From assembly GCA_036172245.1 (NCBI GenBank), contig JAYWIR010000016.1, positions 1,674,001 through 1,738,000 on the forward strand: a stretch of DNA of 64,000 bases, given 5' to 3'. The translations under genes and the position numbers were made by a program. Under the pieces are notes generated by a model. The model was not told the origin of the DNA, did not search any database, and saw only the letters and a list, made by a program, of their open reading frames with translations. The first letter of the stretch is position 1, and each line of letters starts with the position of its first letter. This document shows positions 38,560-51,100 of this stretch, one piece after another. The DNA is from Raillietiella orientalis (lineage: Eukaryota).

Positions 38560-40350
38560 TTATGTGAGCACTGAAGGTGTGAAACAAATGTTTCAGGAAG
38601 CACCAAACTGGAGGCTTGGAAAGAGAAGCTGCGTGGAATGCGTCCTGATCTTGGCAAGAGCAGCCACACATACATCCCGCCCAAAATTTCACGTCTAACG
38701 AAAGTAACACAAGCCACACTCAACAACACCATTGCCACCTCAGAAGACTCCCCTGCATCGCCATTTCGCAATCCTCCCCAAATAAAAGTCTTCAGCTTCC
38801 CAATCCTCTCGTACCAGGAAAGTCCATATCCATTTAAAGATGGAAACCAACTTGGCCTAGGCCGATCCGAACCCAAATCCCCTAGGATTTTCCGCCGAGC
38901 AGAATGCCTCCATAAATCTTCTACGTCTTATGGTTACCTAATCCAGCATCGAGGTCGCCTACTTCCACATCAGTTGGAACTCCCCATGAAAATTACACTC
39001 ATTATCCCTCAGATAACTTCTTCATTTAGAGACTTGAGATGTCCGAAAAGAACCCCCAGGTTTTCTCAACTGGTCAGTTGCCGTCTGGCAGCACCAGCAC
39101 CACTCCCTCAACTTACGGAGTTGGCGGTTCTTTCCCATGGCTACCTGGAACTGCGAGACAGCCAACCTCCGATGAAGCACAAAATCATTGGCGGCAGACT
39201 TCCGGAGGCAGCAGAGGGAGAAAGTCCTGTGCCGTTCGGCTTTGGGTACCTCCATTCTCCGTCCATCCTGGCGCAAAGTCAGATTTCGCCATGGATACGT
39301 GCATCAGCGACCGCTTGCGCGGCGGACGTCCCGAGTATGCTGCTGCATGCACATTCCCACCGATGATTCCCATCTACCTCCCCGGGATGCAGGTTGCCAG
39401 CGAATTTAAAAATCATGGAAGAGCCCTTCTTCCCGTGCTGGTTCCGTTCAAATTCGGGCGGGGGAATTCAAAAAAGCGATAGCCGTGCGAAGACCATGGA
39501 GGTCTCTTGGCGAGAGGGTTGAAAGGTCCAGCCTGCCAAGGTCACCTAAATCCGCGGGCAGGTGGCAACCCATTAACTCAAATACGAAGGCCTGAGAACG
39601 AGGGAATGTCTCGAGTGCCTAAATTTCAAGGAGGTTAAGAAGGAGGTCCAGGACGAAGCGCTCTCTCTGCTTCGCTTCTGCCGTTTTCTTTACGAAGAGA
39701 GCAGCAATAAAGGGAGTAGGAAGCACAAATGATGCTGCGTGGATCCTGAAGACGCAACTCATTTTTCAAGTATCCAGATTATGGAGCACGAAAAGCCAAG
39801 TTAATGTTGTGAAAAGAACTGATTGTCCTGGGGATCGATAAGTTGATGCTTTGAGGGCGGAAACGATTCGAAATGGGGGTGCTGCTGTCGCAGAAGAGAT
39901 CCAGCTCTTATCTCCACAAAGAGACGAGTAGCAGACGAGATGTACATTGAGCAAGAGTGAGACTATCGTCCCACTTTGGTTCCAGACCGGTACGTCTTGG
40001 ATACAGTTTTCAGTTTCCTTCGTTGTGCGTGTGGTTTTGAAGACCATCTGTCCCCCTTTAGCCCGATGCAGGAGTTCCTCCCAAGGGAAGGAAAGGGGCG
40101 TTCGCCTGAAAAGTGTGGACCGAAAAAAATCCAGGTGGGGGAGGAAGTCCCTCGTACGCGGAGGCAAGCCGTATGCACGGAACCTTCTTCCTCTTTCCAG
40201 AGATGGCAAGGAGGAAGCTACTGATGGCTGCACCACTGGTATCAGCAGACGTGGCAGCACGAGAGACCGGGGAAGAAATCGGAAGAGCTTATTCGAAGAG
40301 ACCCCCAGGGAGGATGAGGTGGTGTGAGGAATTGGGAACCCATCCATCTG
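38560..40350 (-). mobile_element. Decayed LINE RT fragments
   Basis: MRQDG, SAANDFVL (cf. YADD), KTFIWGG, EILGGM; a second fragment at 39760-40350. Confidence 0.55.
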
Positions 40351-41246
40351 CCAAAGCGGGGAGCGCTCAAGAGATGAAACAGAAAGGAACAGAAGCTCAG
40401 CTGCTGGAATGGCCGTCCCGGCTGCCAGAATACGTGAATACCCGCGGGTACTCCTGTCAAAAATACCAGTCCGTATTGATCACTGCTGGCTCTGGGACCG
40501 GTGACTCCTAGCTGAGTAAATGAACGAATCATTGGAGGCAATAGAGAGAGAGAGAGAGAGATTCCCGGAGCTGATGCGATCCCGGAGCATCCGATGCGCA
40601 GGTAAACAAAGCAGCATCCTGGCAACCCTCCTGGTGATTTTTTGTTTTTCTGCTGACATCCTGTTCTTTTCCATCTCCTTTCCTCTCCTTCCCTTCTCCC
40701 TTCCGGTCCCTCCTTCCCTTCGAAGATCCCGCCCTACTCCCCTTAGTTTTCCCTCCTCCTTTATTGTTTTCTTCCCAGTTCTTGCTCATCCCCGGCCCAC
40801 GCTGGTGTGCGCAGAGACAGCAGCAGCGTGCACCTCGACCTCCTTCCGGCGTACGCGCCGTGTGCAGGCAAACAGAAGCGGCTGCGTGCAAACGCAGGTG
40901 GTTCCGCGGAGGTGCGAGAAGGCTCGCCTTTGCCTCTGCCCCCTCTTCTGCCTACTCCGCTTGTGGAAGGAAGATCGCAAGCCGAAGCTGCTGAAACTCG
41001 GGAGCCACGTCGCCGCAGGGAGAGCGAGCGCGCGATCGCTCTCCCGAGGGCGGCAGCGGGAGCAGGAAGCACTCGGGAATTGGGTTCCGCCTTCCCCTCC
41101 TCCCTTGGCGTCTCGCGGGCGACCGATCGGATGAGAGGGGATGGAGCGGTCAGCTTCTTGTCATATTCGAAGTTCGTTCGGTTCTTCCTCGACCTTATCC
41201 GACCTCTGCTCTCAGAGGGGAACAAATCCAGGAAGGGAGACGTCTT

Positions 41247-41252
41247 TTTATT
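41247..41252 (-). promoter_or_regulatory. Polyadenylation signal (AATAAA) of globin B
   Basis: AATAAA about 35 nt after the TGA. Confidence 0.75.
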
Positions 41253-41287
41253 CGTCCTTCCCCCCGAAGAGGAATCCTGGATGTCCC

Positions 41288-41422
41288 TCAGATGTGTTTC
41301 ATCATCTCTTCCGACAGCAGAGCGAACGCCTTCTCCATGACTACGCACGCCTCGCCGCCTGAGTCCGGATGGTGCTCCTCCAGCCACTTCTTCAAGTAGC
41401 AGACGAACAGCCTCTTTGCATT
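41288..41422 (-). CDS. Globin B, coding exon 3 (NAKRLFVCYLKKWLEEHHPDSGGEACVVMEKAFALLSEEMMKHI*)
   Basis: ctcttttcAG acceptor, 135 nt to TGA; 21/44 identical to globin A exon 3; spliced CDS 150 aa. Confidence 0.93.
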   Translation of the reverse strand, partial: NAKRLFVCYLKKWLEEHHPDSGGEACVVMEKAFALLSEEMMKHI

Positions 41423-42412
41423 CTGAAAAGAGGTCATAGGACTCAGCGCCAGCTCTCGAGAGAGGGGGCAGGGTCTGTGACCGCCGCTCAACACGTGAGC
41501 GCCGGGACCTCCGCGGGCACACCCGCAAGCAGAGACCTCTCTGCTTCTCGGCAGCCACGCTGCAGCGGGGGAAACTGCGGCCGCTTGGGGCTATATCGGG
41601 AAACAAACCAAAGCAGAAGGGGAGGGGGAGGGCATCGCGCTGGAGAGCTCGTGAAGAGGGAGATGCGAACGGGAAGAACGGCCGACTTCCCGGATTTCAT
41701 AGCCGCTTCCGGGGAGGACGGGACAAGCGAGGAGGCTTCGCTAGTTCGACAGTGCGCGCGCGCGTGGGAGGGAGGGGAGGGAGAAGGGGAGCAGAGGATA
41801 GCAACGGTTCCTTTTCCCGCGCCGCGGGGGACTTCGCCTCCCCTAGGGCGTGGCTCGTGAGCTCTTTCCGATGCGGCGGCGAGGAGACGCGAGCGCGTCG
41901 CCTTCCACATCCTCGCGCACCCGCACCCGGAGAGACTGGTCACTCGACCATCAACCCCATCGGATCCTCTCGGAGGAACTGCCCGACACGCGGGTGCAGG
42001 AAGGTGAAGGGAGGAAGCGATCAGGAAGAGCCTCCAGATGGGAGAGGCGGACGGCGTTCGAGTACGCAGGAGTGCCAGAGGAGGAGGAGGCGAGGGAAGA
42101 GTGCTGGCGCGCTTCCAGCTCGTAGTCTGAGGCAGAGGTCGAAAAAAATGAAACGAAAAGGGGTGGGGGGAAGAAAAGGAAGCATCCTTCCCTGAATCTC
42201 AGAATCCCTGCCCTTCTCCAAGGAGGCGCGGCGCAGCGTCCGGTCGTGGACCGTCGCAGAGAAGGAGAAGTCGTTCGTAAGGACGGGCAGCTTCTCCTCG
42301 CTTCCTCCTCCAGGCCAATGACGAGGGACGAGAGCGCGGGAGCGATCAGCAAAAGGAAGGGAGGAGAAGGAGAAGGAAAAGAGGGAGGAGGAGAGGGATG
42401 CTGGAGGTTTAC

Positions 42413-42638
42413 CATGAAATCCTCCTTGTCGAGATTCATGTTCTTATGATGTTTTCCGGACTTCTCGCAGTACGCCTCGAACATATCCCGGTCGCCCACG
42501 TTCGTCAGGATCGCGTCCAGGCTGTTCATGAACATGGTGCCGTGGGCGCGCAGCATCTTCGAGTGGCGTATCTGGTCCACCGGTACGTCCTTCAGGAACT
42601 TGAACAGCGGGATGTACTTTGGATAGGTGGTGAGCAGC
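42413..42638 (-). CDS. Globin B, coding exon 2 (G + LLTTYPKYIPLFKFLKDVPVDQIRHSKMLRAHGTMFMNSLDAILTNVGDRDMFEAYCEKSGKHHKNMNLDKEDFM)
   Basis: tcttctccccAG acceptor, GTAAAC donor, 226 nt; Pro C2, Phe CD1, His E7, His F8; 46/75 identical to globin A exon 2. Confidence 0.96.
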
Positions 42639-45600
42639 CTGGGGAGAAGAGCAGGTGGACAGGTTACTGGGAGGCGGGATATCCTCCCGACGATGGCAGA
42701 CCTCGCTCTCAGCTCTGGGATCCGCCCTTCACCATCCCGACCCCCGGGAGGGGACGTGCTTCGAGGCATTGTTCCGCGGATTCTTCGAGATAAACCGGCA
42801 GCGCCTCTGCTCCGTTCGCCCAGGAGGCCCACTTTCCAGAACGGGTGGGGCTGATACGGGAGAGGGGAGGCGCCGTCGTTCCCTTTCCCAGATTGCAGGG
42901 ATGAACCTGTAGTCCTCACGTGAGATTCGGGCTCGTCGAGCAGAGGCGAGCTGCGTGCCATTGTCAGAGGGCTTTGCCCTGTTTGCCTCCGGGCACGGGA
43001 ATCACTTAAGTCAGCGGGAAGGGAGCGCGTGAGGCGATCTCCGGTAAGCGGCAAACGGGGTGGGGTGGATTTGCTGCAGGAACCGAGATGCTCCGAACGC
43101 GAGGACGCTCTCTGGATTCCCAGACGCTTGCCGTTACCCGGATGGAAAGGGGGAGGGGGGAGAGGGAGAACTCTGACGGAAGCAGTTCGTAGATCTCGTT
43201 CTCTCGCGCCTCCCCCTCGAGAGTCCTCCTCTGAGAGCAGGCGATAGTCGAACTCTGTTCTGTTTCTGTTCGTTTGCTGGAGCGGCCGGAAAGGGAAAAA
43301 AGGAGGGAAATTTTGGCTAAGGGGGAAGGGAGGAGAGACCCAGGCATCTCAAGGGGAGGGTCGGCGAGAGTCTCACGCTCGAAGTGTCCCGGGCGTCTCC
43401 CTCCGCATCCCCGGAGTGCCATCCGGAGAGATGAGAAGAGGGGAACCCGGGGCATTTCAGCGGGAGAGCCTCAGCTCCAGAATGGACCATCGAATGCGGT
43501 CTCTCCGGAAACATGATCTCCCGGTCGGAATCTGCACTAAGCTCCCAGGACCAACGTGATCCTGCGACCAACGTGATGCTGCCCACGAGGGAAGCAGCTG
43601 GAGGAACCAGGAACCGTGTTACGGCACGCCCCTTCTCACGGGCCGGCAAGCGGCTCCAGGGAAAACGCCCTTGCCCTTTTGCAGCATAGTGGGGAACGCT
43701 GTCTGCTCCAAGGTGCCCAAAAGAAGGGACTCTGCAGGATGGAACGCCCCGTTCGAGTGGCCAGCCGGTACCAGATCTAAGCTGCAGGATGCAGCTTAGA
43801 TCGTGCCTCGGGGATCCAGAGTCCTGTCCAAGCACGAGCAGGATGGTTCGGAGCAAGAAGAGATCACAGGAACGGGAGCAACAAAAAGGTCGGAGTCTGC
43901 TTGTGCAGTACGCGAAATCCTTGATCCCGGGAGATGAATCCTCGGAAGCAGTATTGCTTACCGGATAGTCCTGCAGGATGCGCTTACCTGAAGGGTGCAT
44001 CCTTGCGCTCTCCTCCTCCTTCTCCAACCCTCCTCTCCTTCCCTTTCCTCCTCCTCCCTTGCTTTAAACTACCAAGGATGTTGTGGTCTTGACAGGCTCC
44101 ACCTTCTGGACCAAACCTCGCGTCAGAAACTCCCTCCGTTCACACACAAGGGCTACTCCCTCTCGCGCTGTCGAAGGCGGTTGCTCCGATGGAATGAGAC
44201 CCGATGGCTTTCTGCAGCAACGCTGACGGAGCTCCCCCGCCCCGCTCCCACTTCTCCGCAGACTTCAAGGAGGGTGGTCAGTCCTCATCCATCCTGCACC
44301 CGCATCACCAGAGCCGTTTAGGATCCCCGAGGGACGAGCGCACTCGGGAATCTCTTGGGCGAGATTCCTACAGGCGGCAGTTTCTTCCGGCAAAGCCTCC
44401 GCACGTCGGATGGGCATCGGAAAGGCAGGGGTAGCCCCCTCTGGGCTTCCTCGAATAAACGCGGGTACTGCCGGGTCAAAACCGCCGAAACGCTAGCAAA
44501 GGGAAATTCCAGAATCTTCCGGGAAGGTTTCGCTCAGGAGGTGACTTCAGCGACCGCATGAAGAGCGGCGAAACCTGGGACATCTACCTCCTCCTCATCC
44601 ACCCCCGTCTTCCTCGTCTCTTTCACCCTCAGCAGCAGCATGGAGGAGCAGTCTTTCCGGCGAAGGCATCCCGAGCAACAAATCTCTCGCGGTTCCCGGT
44701 TCCCATGCGCGTAACCGGGTCCTCCACGGACGGAGCCGGTCACTTAAAACGCTCCCAGGGCGCTCCGGGCCGGTACAAGAAGGCACCGTGCTCTTCCAGC
44801 GCATCAAAGGACGGGCGATCGAGAAAGTATGCCATGGGTGAGGGTGGAGCACGGAGGATTCTCACAGGCTTGGTCGCTAGTGAAGAGTCGGCCCCCAGCC
44901 TAGTCACGATGGCGGGGTAGCACGGCTGCGGAGACCACAAATGGAGCAGGGTGCACCTCCTCCATTTGCGGGCGTTTTCATGCATGTTTCCGTTTCTGAG
45001 GAGAACCGGAAGGGTCGACTGTCAAGCACGTCGCACCACATCCAGAGGGCTCCCTTTGGAGGCAGGTAAGGTAAGCCTGGGGGGGGGGGGATCCCAGCCT
45101 CTTTCCAAGCTTCGCGAGCACCCCCTCTCCACCCTTCTGCTGATGGAGTCACCGGAAAATGCCGTCCATCCTACAGCCTCCCCTTTGCGGCGGAGGCCCT
45201 CCGCTGCAAGCCCCCGCCAGGCGGCGCCTTTCATTCCCGCCTGATAGCGCGCGCTTGCCGCGAGCCCGGAGGAGAGATCGCGCCAACCTCGATTCGCCGC
45301 TCCTCCGCCTGTGGCTCCTCCGGCTCGTCCTGAGTGCCAGCACGTGCTGCAGTCCGCATCCGTGCTCTTCCGTCTCCCCATCCCAGCAAGGACGAGCCAG
45401 GTCCAGTTCCAGAAGCCGGAGTCCTTCAGTACTCCCTCGCTCTTTCCCACTCTGATCTTCTTTGCATGGGGGAAAATCCTCAGCTAGCGTTCCGCGATGG
45501 GTCATCTGGTCCGGTGGACATCTCTGAGCCCAGAGATCGCACGTTTGAACCAGAATGGCTGAGGATGCTGCTGTAGCAATAACCGCGTTCCTTGTCTTTC

Positions 45601-48057
45601 TCTTTTTTCTTTTTGCTCTTCCCTCTTCCTCCCCGGGCAAGGAAGAGGAGCGAGAGAAAGATCCAAGAACTCACTTCCCTCCCCCGGAGGGATATTCGAG
45701 TCAGGAAGGAGCGGTTGATGGTCCAACAAGGACGAGATCCTTCCCGAGCGCTCATCTCGGATCCCCTGCCTTCAATCATCCCTGGAGTATCCAGAGGAGG
45801 ATAGCGGGCGGCTTCCTCGAGAGAGACGGACGCCCCCTTTCCTTCCATGATGGCGTCCGGGCACAGCTTATTCTTTCAGATGAGGACCTCTCCGGAGATC
45901 AGTTGCCCCACAGGGACTTCAGACTGATCCATTGTTTTGCTTCCTCTTTGGTAGCCGCACTGTGCAGAGTGGGAGGGGATTCTTCGGAGTGATGCCGGGA
46001 AAAAATCCCTCTCCTGACCGTCAGGGCTTCCTCCCGAGTCGGGTCCTCAACTCAGCCCCCTAAGAATGGAAGTGAATAGAGGATGCAAGGGAAGGAGCTC
46101 CTCACTGACCGCAGAGCAAGGTACAAGAATCCCCTCATCCTGCTCTCCTTCCCCAGTAGGGTAAACCTCAGAAAGGGACCCAGAGCATCCACAACTGCCA
46201 ACAGAAGGGGCGCCGTCTTAGCAGGAGCTCCGTTTGCTTTTTTTTTTTTTTTTTACTTCTTCTGGTAACCCCGGCAACCTTCTCTCCCGGTTCCCACCCG
46301 TCGCGCAGCTGCAGCCTTCGGTGCCCTCGCTCCTTCCCCTCGTGCTGAGGAAACGCTGAGTAGGCCGTTCGATCCCTCCTTGCGCCACGCGTCACAGGCG
46401 CGCGCCGTCGCGCTCGTGTCGCTCGCGCAGTTGGATGGGCTCTCGCCTGCCGACCCCGCCTCGTCCCTGCCGACGTGGAGGTCGGAAAGGGCGGAGGATG
46501 AGAGCCTCTGGACGGAGTTCGGAAGGGGATCGGCGGGGAAGCGGTACAGAGCCCCCCTGGAGCACCATCGTAGGCTGGTGCAGCTCTTCTCCACGTCCGG
46601 CGAGCAGAAGGGGGCGAGCACCCGACCCACGCGTCTAGCTGCTGCCAGAATTACGGGGTCGTCGAGGGATCAGAAGAGCCGAAGAATCCCAAGGGTTCTG
46701 CTGGAGCGGTTCCCCCGCAATGCAAGCGCCGATTTCTCCTCCCTCGCCCAATTCCCGAAGCTCCTGGTCCCGACAAATCCGTATCGGTCGCCTCCGAGGC
46801 GGGCGTCGACGTTCGATCCAAGCTCACTGCTGCTTCTTCAGATCGTGGTCCTTCCTCTCGAAGGATCGTTCTTGCCCTCCTCTTCCGCTCGATTTTGGCG
46901 GGAGTCATCTTGAAGCTTCTTGCTCGACAGTCCGCACGCCTGGGATGGCTACAGGCGGTCAAACACCGGGAGAGCCCAGGAGGGCTCTCCGGGACCTGAC
47001 CGCAGGGCAGCCATCAGGAGTGCCCCTGAACCGGCCCACGGCTCAAACTATGGGGAACGCCCTGGATCACCACTGCGTCTCAAGAAGGGTGCTGCGGAGG
47101 CGGCAGTGGAGACTGGAATGTTCCTCCTCTCAAAAGCAGAAGGCGAGTTTGCCCTGAGGGTTTCGTCACGACCCCACAGATCATAAGGCTGGCCGCGCAG
47201 TCAGGACTCTTCCCTTACCAATAGCTTTTCCCTTCCTGTTCCTGTCCCCTGTGTGACCCGGGATCCCAGACCGAGAGGCAGTGACTAGGGAGAAAGGGAG
47301 ACGCGGCTCCAGGAGGGAGCAACTATTGGTTGTGGGCTTTTTCGATCCCAATAGCCAATCCATCGAAGGAAGGGCGATTCTAGAAGACCAGACAGAGATT
47401 CCTGCAAAGGAGGGGGGTCTGAGAATCAGGAAGCGGTGCCTCGCCGGTCCTTCCGGAGCTGATTCACTCGGAAGTTGCTCCCAGGGGCAGAAACTCTACC
47501 TCTGTCTGGCCCTGACACAGCAAGTTCCCGTGCTGGGAATTCTCCCGTGATGAGGTGCGTGAAAGGTGGCTGTAAGCGCCGGGCGCTCCGCGCGAGGAGG
47601 CTTCGAGCTCCTACTTTCAATTTCTCGCCCTTTCTTCAGCTCCCGTCATCACTCCCTAAAAGGGCTGATCATGGCTGCGGTGGTCCGGGAACAGTCTCGA
47701 GAGCGAATGCGAGTGGGAGGACCCGGTCGCTCGCGGTCGCGCGGCGACGAAGGGAAGGGAGGGGCAGGAAGAGCCGACCGCCTTCCTGGAAGACGGCGGA
47801 GCTGGAAGGAATGCCTCCTCCTTTCCCTTTTCCTCCCAACCCTTTCCCTTCTCCTGGGGAAAGCAGCAGCGAGGACTTTCGACATCCAACCTCAGGGCAT
47901 CCTCGAGACTTCTCCCGCTCTCTTTCCCCGGGGCTATCGGTGAAAGGGCGAACTTCGCTCGAGGCGAGCAGGGAAAAGGGAACAAAGAAAAGCGAGGAGA
48001 AAAAGAGAGGACGCGGTGGGAAAAGCAGGGGAGGAGGGGTGGAGGGGGCTTCCTTAC

Positions 48058-48149
48058 ATCGTGAAGAACTCCAATCCGTGCTGAGTCTTATCCTGGAAGA
48101 TCTCCGCCCACACCTGCAGCAGCTCTAGCTGATCCGCATCTGACAGCAT
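48058..48149 (-). CDS. Globin B, coding exon 1 (MLSDADQLELLQVWAEIFQDKTQHGLEFFT + AT, phase 2)
   Basis: ATG at 48149, 92 nt, GTAAGG donor; 14/31 residues identical to globin A exon 1 including Trp A12 and KT.HG.EFF; B12.2 intron. Confidence 0.9.
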
Positions 48150-51100
48150 CCTTCCCGGACCATAAGCGGCAAGGGAGTCCCTCGATCTGGAAAAGTGTCG
48201 CTCAGTTTCTTTTTGCCCTGCAGAGCAAAAAGCAAACTGTCTTGTCAGCCACAGAGGGAGAGAGGTGGAAATCGCTACACCATCATCTCCCTTCCCACTG
48301 CTTTCCCCCCTTCCCCTCCCTCCCGAATTTTTCTAACTCTGCCGGTTACGACGCCATGCGGTGCCTCGGCGAAGCGGAACATGGCGGCGCGCAGCTTCCG
48401 CAACAGGCCATACCCCGCGGCAAAGGGTAGGGGGAGCAGGAGGAAGGGGCTGGAGCAGTCGAGGAAAAGGGGGGAGAATGGAATGGCCCCCTCCCCTAAA
48501 AGCTCCCTTCCCTTCCATCCCACGAGGGGGAAGCGGAAGAGAGAAGAAGAGCCTCAGGCCATTCCGGTACCAGGTTTTCTTCAAGACCAAGGATTATTTC
48601 CATCCGGAAATCTACTCTCCCTGTGGATCTCAACAAGGGTTGCCGAGACGCCGTCCTCGCGTCTTCCTTCTCCTTATGGAGTCGAGCCACACAGGAGGGG
48701 GAAACAGAGGAAAGGGTGGAGCTCCTCCCGTTTCCCTCGGAGAATGCCCCTCCTGTTTCCAGGAGGTCTGCGATCCCTCCTTCCACCTCCGGTGACGAGG
48801 GGGATTCCCTGCTCACGGGAAGAGAGAGCACCTTCAAAAAAAGAGGGTGGAGGCGGGATAAAAAGGGGTGGAATGGAGAGAGGAGCTGAGGGAACGTAAG
48901 AAAAGGGGAGTCAAAAGAAAAAAATACCGCCAGCTCGCTCCGGGCATCTCTGGACGCGTGAATGTGGGTGGAGAGGTGAGGATGGGCTTGGGGCCTTCCT
49001 TCATCGAACATTTCCAGAGCACTCGGGGCACCCGGGAAAGGGGGTGCAGGGGAGGGGGAGGACGCACGACACAGCAGGAGGGCAGGGGAGCAAGGGAGGG
49101 GGGAGGGATAAAAGAAGGAGTCTCACTAGGAGAGCGTTGCTCCACGCCTCGGGGCGTTCTCGCGCAGAACGGGGAGGCGCCGGAGGCCCCGCTTTCGCCT
49201 TCGCACGCTCCGTCGCCAAGGGCGCGGAGGCGAAGAACGCGCGAGCACTGCGCCCCGCGCCAGCGTCGGCCGGTGCCTCGTGGCCGGCACGCCTAAGTGG
49301 TGGGTAGGGGAGGGGGGAAGGGAGGAAGAGAAGAAGTGAGCGAGCGGAGAGGGGGGGGGAGAGAAAGGGAGAAGGAGCAGAGAGTCTCCTCGTGCTCTTG
49401 ACCTTCGGAATGACGCGCGTGGGAGGCACTCCCGAGGAGCAGAAGCGGAAAGGCAGCGCTCGACACCTGCGGAATTCAGACGGCATAGGAAAAAGGGAGT
49501 GGCAGCCGCTCCCCGCGCGCAGAAATGGGTATGCTTGCACTCGAGGGCTCTCCCTCTTCCCTGCCTCTTTCTCTCGTTCTTCTTGGTTCTCTTCGCCTCG
49601 AGGTCTCGCCGTCCCGTGGACGGCGTAAGAGGGTGCGGGGCAGAGGCAGGGGTGGTTCGGGGACGGAATGTCTTCCAGGGTTCGGAGTGGCCCTTCGGCT
49701 CCTTGGGGAGATCTCCCCGCACGCCTCCGCAGAGGAACTTCTGGAACCTCAGGAATCAGAGGACTACAGAGCGAGTAACGAAAAATGGCTCTCCTCGCTG
49801 GCGGGATTTTCGGCAGCTTCCCTGCCCTTCTTCGGCAGGCGAAGGACGAAGGACTCTCTGGAGCTGCCCGCGCGCCTAAGGACGCTCCGCCGTCTGGCGA
49901 CGACTTCCAGGCTCATCGGGCACCGGTGGCGCCCGAGCCGCCTCGGCTGCTCCTGCTCAATAGGAGGGAAGGAAGGGGGGAGAGGACGGGAACATACCGA
50001 GCGCCAAGGAGATGACCCATTCCTGCTCCTCCTCTCGTCGCTGAGGCGTCCTGAATCCATGATGCCTTCGTGGGATGGATGAGAGAGAAGGTGGGAGAGA
50101 ATTGCCGGAGGGGATGCTCACGAAGAAGGAAGTGCACCCCGGCATCCTGCTTGGAAACATCTCAGAATCATTTCAGGATGTAAAACTCAGGGAGGTGAAT
50201 ATGTGCAGGAGCAACTCGGGAGGTACTCCCGCCATCCCGATGGAGAAGAAGGAAAGTAGCCGCACCAGGACGCAGAGACATCGACGCCGCACTTCCTGGT
50301 CGGGAGATGCAACCTCGAAGCAGATCCCTCATCAGCCCAGATTTCAGAAACAGCGGATCCGCTCTCGTTCCTCTGTCCCTTTGGAAGCGGAGGATCCCAG
50401 AGGCTGAGCTACCCCCTCTCCTAGCAACGTATCACTTCGGCTGCTGCGCTGCAGAACGTATGGAGAAGCCCTTCTGTGTGCTCCCTGAGGCCTTCCTGTG
50501 GTTTCCAAGCGCGATCATACCAGCCGCAGCCGCAGCTGGAAGCCCTTGGACTGAGAGTCTTCGAACAGCCCGCACCCCAGGGGGGTCCTCGCTTTCTGCA
50601 CCTACTCCGAATTTCCGCGAGTCCATTCTCGCTGCCCCCCTGGCGTCTTGGAGATAGCGGGCTTCTTCCGTTCTGCAACGGAAACGATCCGTCTTCCACG
50701 CCTCGTGACGAATGCCGCCGTTCCCAGAGTTTGCATCCCGGGCCGCTTCTCCGTCAACCCTTCTCCCACTTGCCTCCTGTCTCCTCCCCATCCGCCGCAG
50801 GCACCTTGCCTGAACGGGCGCCCTGAGCTTCTTCCGCGAAGAGCTTCTGCCCTGCGAGAGTCCCGGTGCCTCTGACAGGACGCCACACGCCACTTCGTCC
50901 GCCGGAAGCGCTTCCGGTCCCTGTCCGTCCCAAGCCACTCGCCTTTAGGGAAGCTAGCAAGATACCTCCAGGATAAAGTTCGTTTCCTCCTCCGTCTCGC
51001 TTGCTGCTTCCAAACCCTGTTCACTTCCTGCTTGCTCCTTCCTCCTCCTTCCCGGTACGATGGCGTTCAGAGAGGATCCTGTTTCAACTGCCACCTCGGA

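Noticed and set aside
41951..43054. 367-aa ORF as a single globin-fusion protein
   Set aside because: Only 42413-42638 is globin-like and it is bounded by AG/GT; the rest is intron read-through with low-complexity sequence
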